Shown here in pieces: positions 58,392 through 64,000 of a DNA stretch of 64,000 nt. This DNA is from Dimorphilus gyrociliatus (taxonomy: Eukaryota; Animalia; Annelida), in assembly GCA_904063045.1 (NCBI GenBank), contig CAJFCJ010000009.1, positions 414,942-478,941 of the forward strand, read 5' to 3'. Under the pieces are notes generated by a model, which had not been told where the DNA came from, ran no database searches, and was given only the letters and a program-made list of their open reading frames with translations. Each line of letters begins with the position of its first letter. Position 1 is the stretch's first letter. The position numbers were made by a program, and so were the translations under genes.

Positions 58392-60387
58392 ATGAATGGA
58401 GGTGCACTGAAGAAAAGGTATATCTTGATTAGATGGAATGAGAAAATTTACAGATTAATACTTAATCGCATATTTATGATACAGAGCTATAGTCTTTGTA
58501 CAATTTTGATTATAACTCTGTTAATTTAAAACAGAAGTACGATAAATTTAGTGAGTTACCAATTGAACATAGCAAAGCGGAATAATATATCTTCTCAATT
58601 ACCCTTGAATTACTGTGTGTATATTTTTCCCATTTAAAAATTATTGATTTCCGATTTGTCAAATTTCTGTTTAAGCCTGAGCATCACAGTAGGCATTGAT
58701 GGCCGACTTTATAATAATTTATTAGCAGATGCCAAGCTAATAGGAACTTACTTTAGTATGCTTGAAGGAGAAATTTAATATTTAAATATCAGTCATTGAA
58801 CGAATAACTGCAGTAGTGCCAGCATATCCGCAACATATGTTTCCAAAATTGATCCAAGTCATAACTGTTGTTTCATTTAGGTGGAGGCAGTATTTATTCA
58901 TATATTGTTTTCAAAGTGGCGGTTTGCAACGACACAGCGAGAGCATTTTTAATATTAAAATCAAACAGCCTATAAGTACTAATCATATTGAGTTTCATTA
59001 TAATTCCTTGAACAGGCTGATGGTTTATTTGACAATAACCTTTCTCTTATTTGGAGTTCCTGCAATAATTTACGCAGCGCAAGATAAAACCAAGAACAGT
59101 CATGATATGCTCGGAGAGTGGCACGACTTTTGGGTGCTGAAATTAATTATGAATTTAGTTGGATATTCAAGCATTGTTCTTCCAGGATGTATTCTTATAT
59201 ACTATTTAAAAAAGACTAATTATATTGAGAGAGGAAGTAAGCTTTTATTAATAAAATTATATATATATTTAAATAATAAAAGCGAACATGTTTTTACTGT
59301 AGATAATAAATTTCTCATTCATTTTGTTCGCTCGTTCATTTATGGACAAGAGCAATCAATAGAGGAAAGTACCAGAGCTCAAGAACAACTTAAAAAAACC
59401 TCCTTTGGCAGAAAGGCTTTTTGGATTATTATTTGTGCAACGGGGTTGCAATTGTCTTATTTATCTTGGGGTCTTTTACAAGAAAGAATTATGGCCTATA
59501 AATATGGAGAAACAGTAGATTTTAAAGGGGAAAACTTTAAAAATTCTCAATTTTTGGTGTTTATGAATAGAATATTTGCATTTGTAACTGCTTGCTTAGT
59601 TTGTATTGTAAGAAAACAGCCAAGACATTTAGCACCAATCTATAAATACTCCTATGCATCTTTTTCTAACATAATGAGTTCATGGTTTCAATACGAAGCT
59701 TTAAAATATGTAAGTTTTCCAATGCAAGTTATGACTAAAGCTTCAAAAATAATACCAGTTATGGCTATGAGCAAGATCGTTTCCAACAAAACTTACAAGC
59801 TACATGAATATATATTAGCTCTTTTTATATCCATTGGATTATTTCTCTTTATATTTGCAACTAAAGATGCCGTAAAGGGATATTCGTCCACAACCACTTT
59901 TGCAGGGGTTGTACTCTTGCTGGGTTATGTTATTTTTGACTCATTTACATCAAATTGGCAGTCGAAACTGTTCAAAACCCACAAAATGTCTTCTGTACAA
60001 ATGATGGCTTGCGTTAATCTATTTAGTGTCATATTTACATCTGTAACGTTGCTGGAACAAGGAGGATTTACAGAAGCAGCATCTTTTATGTTTCGTTACG
60101 AAGTTTTTGCATTTCACGTTCTTTTATTAGGTGTTTGTGGAGCTGTTGGACAATTATTTATATTTAAAACGATTGATGAATTTGGACCAGTTGTATTTAC
60201 TTTAATAATGACCATACGTCTAGCCTTATCCATTTTATTATCAAGCCTATTTTACGGCCATCCAATTACTCCTATTGGATCATTGGGAATTGTTATAGTT
60301 TTCTTTTCAATATTTGTAAATGTTTATATCAACCAAAAAAAGAAAATAGAGAACAAAGCCGAATCTGAGAACATAACTAAGACTTAG
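58392..60387 (+). CDS. SLC35B2: PAPS transporter 1 (slalom); probable exons 58392-58417, 59016-59236, 59303-60387 (first exon tentative)
   Basis: GLQLSYLSWGLLQERIM, FKNSQFLVFMNRI, SNIMSSWFQYEALKYVSFP, KASKIIPVMAM, FDSFTSNWQ and FGPVVFTLIMTIR. Confidence 0.92.
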
Positions 60388-61462
60388 AATATAGCCAAAA
60401 TTAAATTCTTAATGTTTTAAATTAAGTTTTGTTGAATTGATAAGAAAAATCTCTGATTATTTATTTAAATAACTTTATGTTGTTTTTGTTGTTTTTTTTT
60501 GTTTTTTCTTTTTTTTTCTTTTTTTTTGAATCTCCTACAGCAAAAAAATTTATTTTGGAGGAAAAAGAGAAGATAAAGATCTAGGATATGAAATTATTTT
60601 TGAAAAAAATGAAATATTCACCTATATATTTGTATAACACAATTTTTAGATACTATAAAGAATAAAGCCTGAATTAAAGAGATATGTTCTTATGTTGAGT
60701 TTTAAATTGAAAAGGAAATCATGTAAACTTTAAATATTTCAATGAAAAAATAATGGGGCATTATAACTGCAGCAGTGATTGTGGTGGTGGCGGTTAGTTG
60801 GTTGGTTGGTTTTAATTGTGGTTAAGCGTAGAAGTGATATAGATTGTAAAAAGAAAAAAAAATTACAACTACTCAATATAGCTGCTTAGACAAAAAGAAA
60901 ACAATATATCAAACAGTCAAGTTGACGACCTTTTTATGTCTTGACTTCTTTTTTTAAGTACAGCTTAGCTAAAGCAAATGACTAAAATGTTTTTTCTTTT
61001 TTTGTTTAATGAACTGAGTTATGTAAATATATTCGTTTATGCAAACTCAAAAAATCAGTTTGTCTCTATATACTTAAACAAATCAAAAATAAAACTATTT
61101 AAAACTTTTCAAATGGTTTCTTTACAATTAATACCTAACTTATTTAATATGGTTTACGTTAGGAGAATTTTTGCTTAAGTATAAAAGGAAAAATTTATAT
61201 ATACAGTATTTATTTAGCCTACTTAATGTACAAGATGTAAAAATGTAGGTGGCGTTACGTACAATAATAATAATTTTTATCCTAATTTTTTTGTTCGACC
61301 GATATCAAAAATTATTAGGTTCAAGTGATTAAATAGTTGTTGCTCTAGTGTGCGAGCGAATAATCAATGTTTTGTGAGTATTAAAAGAAGAGAACGTGTT
61401 CGAGCAAGTTCCAAGTATTGACGTTTTTCATACTAAATCCACTATTTGTTAACATTCTAAAT

Positions 61463-63771
61463 ATGACACCGGGAAAGAAAATTGCCGGCTCTAAAAATGT
61501 TAAGCAAAAATCAAAATTATCAAAACCAATTAATCGTAAGAGTTCATTACCGTTGGATAGAGTTGCTATGTTGGTTGAAGAAGCTAATGAGATAAGTCAA
61601 TTATTGAATAAAGACTATGTGAGAAATTTTTCCCTTGTACAAGATATTTGTTTTACTAGTTTAAGATGATAAGCAATGTACTCATTGCTAAACTATTTAC
61701 TTTGTTAAAAGGTATTTGTTAAGGCTGCTGAAGAAAGTGATGACGAAAAAGAGAGAATTATAAAAGTGATTAACATTCAGATGTCTCTCAGCACGAGATG
61801 GTCGATAATTAAATTAAAAGAACGTCTTGTTCAAATGAGAAAGTTATTATATGAGGTAAGCAATAATTTATATTTTCACTATTCTGCTAGCATATTTGTG
61901 TGCTGGAGGTATTTAAATTGCTTTTATCTTTCAATTGTGATATTATATCATGATATTAAGTGTTATTTAAGACTAAATAGGTGGAAAACACAAGGTAATT
62001 TTTTTTTGGAATTGAAATATTCGCCCCTCGTGGGATTATATACAAAACAGTCGACAAATAGACTAAAGGATTAACATTTTATTTCATGCTGCTTTTTTTT
62101 TATCAGCAAGATTCTATCCTGATAAGCAATGAAGACGAAGTGTTTTTTGATCCGAACGATACCTGGACGAAAGAGGATTTAACTAAATACTCCGATATCC
62201 TTGCTAAAAGGAAATTGCCCAAAGATTCGCTGATGTGAGGAAAAAAATTCCAATTTACATACAAAACGCAGAATAATATATTATTCATCGAACAGAAGCT
62301 TAGACGTATCTGTTGCTGATTTACTCCTGACTATGGAAACCGAAGAAAGAGCATCTCCCAAATCAGACGAACTTATACCAGTAAAGGACGTACCTAATTC
62401 AACTGATAATCATATTCCACTAACTCCTCAACTCTCAAATAATAGTGATTCATTAAATATATTCAAACAGTGCGAAGACGTTTTATACTCAATTAAGAAA
62501 AGCCAAAACGAAGGTAACAATTATTCTTTTATAAGATATTTATATTTTTTAGGGAAAAAAACACCGCCAGCTAATCAAGAGTTTTCAAAATAGGACATTA
62601 TACCTTATTCTTCATTTCGGAAATAAAAAAAAAGTAGTAATATAGAGAGAGAAAATGCTAAAGTGCTTTTCACTTTGCTTGGTCTTTATAACACTTGAAA
62701 ACCTACCGGTTTTAATTTGCAATAACTATCTTTCTGTTAGTCCTATTAAGATTGTTTTTGGGATATACAGTATATATATAAATTTATATATGCTATATAC
62801 GCTATACTTATATTTATATGTCTAGAGTATAAAGTATAAACAGATTGCTATTTATATTTTCAGAACAACCAAGTTTTATTGATAGTATTATATCAAATTG
62901 CCAGAGGCTAATCAACACCTTTCAAGTGTTCGCTGTGAACGAGGAAAAGTCTATGTTTCATTGTATTCCTGCTTTGGAGAAATTAGACACTGTCTCCAAT
63001 CTATGGCGTCGTACAGTTCGTAGTACAGTCCTAAGTAGAACGACTGGAGATTCGCTTAGGGATTCGATTCGGGAATTAACCAATAATCTGCTATTATTCG
63101 TCCAAACTCGCCGAGGCTTGTCGGACTGTGAAAAAAGCGTTTTAAAAACGGTTTTTGCTGCTTCCTCTTTGGCATTAATTGCTGGAGATACGCCCTCTTG
63201 TCTTCGCAAAAAAAGTAGACGCACTTCAGTGTCCACTCAGACTATAAACGCCGATTTAATAACATTCGATGGAGATGAAGAGGATATTACGCAACCGCTT
63301 ATTCAATTAAATGTTAGAAAATCGATATTAGAGGGGGCAAAGGCTGCTTCAGATTGCGTTTTTGAGGTTGTTAAACAATCATTAAAGGCTAACGAGGAAG
63401 AGATATTAGAAAAGAATCTCAAAGATGTTATAAGAACCTCTATAGACATTGTTTCGGCACTGGCTACCAGAATCATGGATGTGGAAGAAGATCATAAAAT
63501 CTGGAAGAATTTTCGTCGGGACATTACCCAGATCAATTCTCTGGCCGATAGCGTCACGCTAATGGTTACAGCAAGCCGTACAACTCCCCAAGCAAATGGA
63601 AGATGTGCTCAAATGGTCCTTAAATCTCTGGTGACATTGACACAGCATTATCCACTTTTTGAATCTGCTCTTATAGCTGTTCGTCATTCTATAAAAAACA
63701 TTAAACTATCCCCGGGTGATAACAGCGTTCGACTCTTGCCACCAGTACCGTCTGTTGAATTATCTACATAA
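61463..63771 (+). CDS. KIF14-like C-terminal tail protein lacking motor and FHA domains, about 517 aa; exons 61463-61618, 61712-61855, 62107-62234, 62296-62513, 62864-63771
   Basis: EEANEISQLLNKDYVF...IKVINIQMSLSTRWSIIKLKERLVQMRKLLYE...EDEVFFDPNDTW parallels KIF14 (QEANAISSKLKTYYVF...IRVRNL...STFWSLEKFESKLAAMKELYE...EDAFCDPEDEW). The exons join in frame. Confidence 0.68.
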
Positions 63772-64000
63772 TACAATCAAAGAATCAATTTGCAATCAAT
63801 TTCAATGAGAATCGATCTCTTTCCGTATTTCAAGGAATTGCCGAAATAAAGATTATTGCGTAAATTCTTTCATCTTTTGTTCAATTTTCTGTTTCTAGGG
63901 CACGGCATTTCTTTTATTCCTATGCGACGTTTGCGTGTAACGTAAATAGACGTCTACCATATAAAGGATAAACGCCGCTCATTTAATTATGAATCACGGA

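Noticed and set aside
62514-62593. Alternative short terminal exon (GKKTPPANQEFSK*) in the KIF14-like gene
   Set aside because: It would need a 39-nt intron, well below the ~55-70 nt typical here; the acceptor at 62863 gives the in-frame continuation.

Overview
This is a gene-dense, AT-rich eukaryotic window from a compact invertebrate genome with mostly ~55-70 nt GT-AG introns. It resembles a miniaturised lophotrochozoan such as the annelid Dimorphilus, which is an inference only. About 22 protein-coding loci could be assembled by hand: two tandem pancreatic-type lipases, HAUS3, GCLC, UBL5, SGPP, an EGF/PAN/SEA membrane protein, a TMEM79-like MAPEG protein, EMC2, NDUFS4, ITFG2, a 2-TM PPxY protein, vitellogenin, a motor-less KIF3A paralogue, PKD2, TMEM64, TMEM181, LTO1, ABCC4, ETFB, SCP2, SLC35B2 and a motor-less KIF14-like tail. 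UBL5, LTO1 and the first lipase fragment are missing from the ORF track. The main discovery is in ABCC4, which carries three divergent, phase-matched copies of the TM5-TM6 exon that can only be used one at a time. Two nested perfect intronic inverted repeats (13 and 14 nt) flank them and look like a docking-site/selector RNA-pairing system. Other highlights are two independent kinesins that have lost their motor domains and TA-CWG-TA scars resembling Tc1 excision footprints. No rRNA, tRNA, CRISPR array or intact transposon was found. All homology calls are from memory of the protein families; no database search was run.
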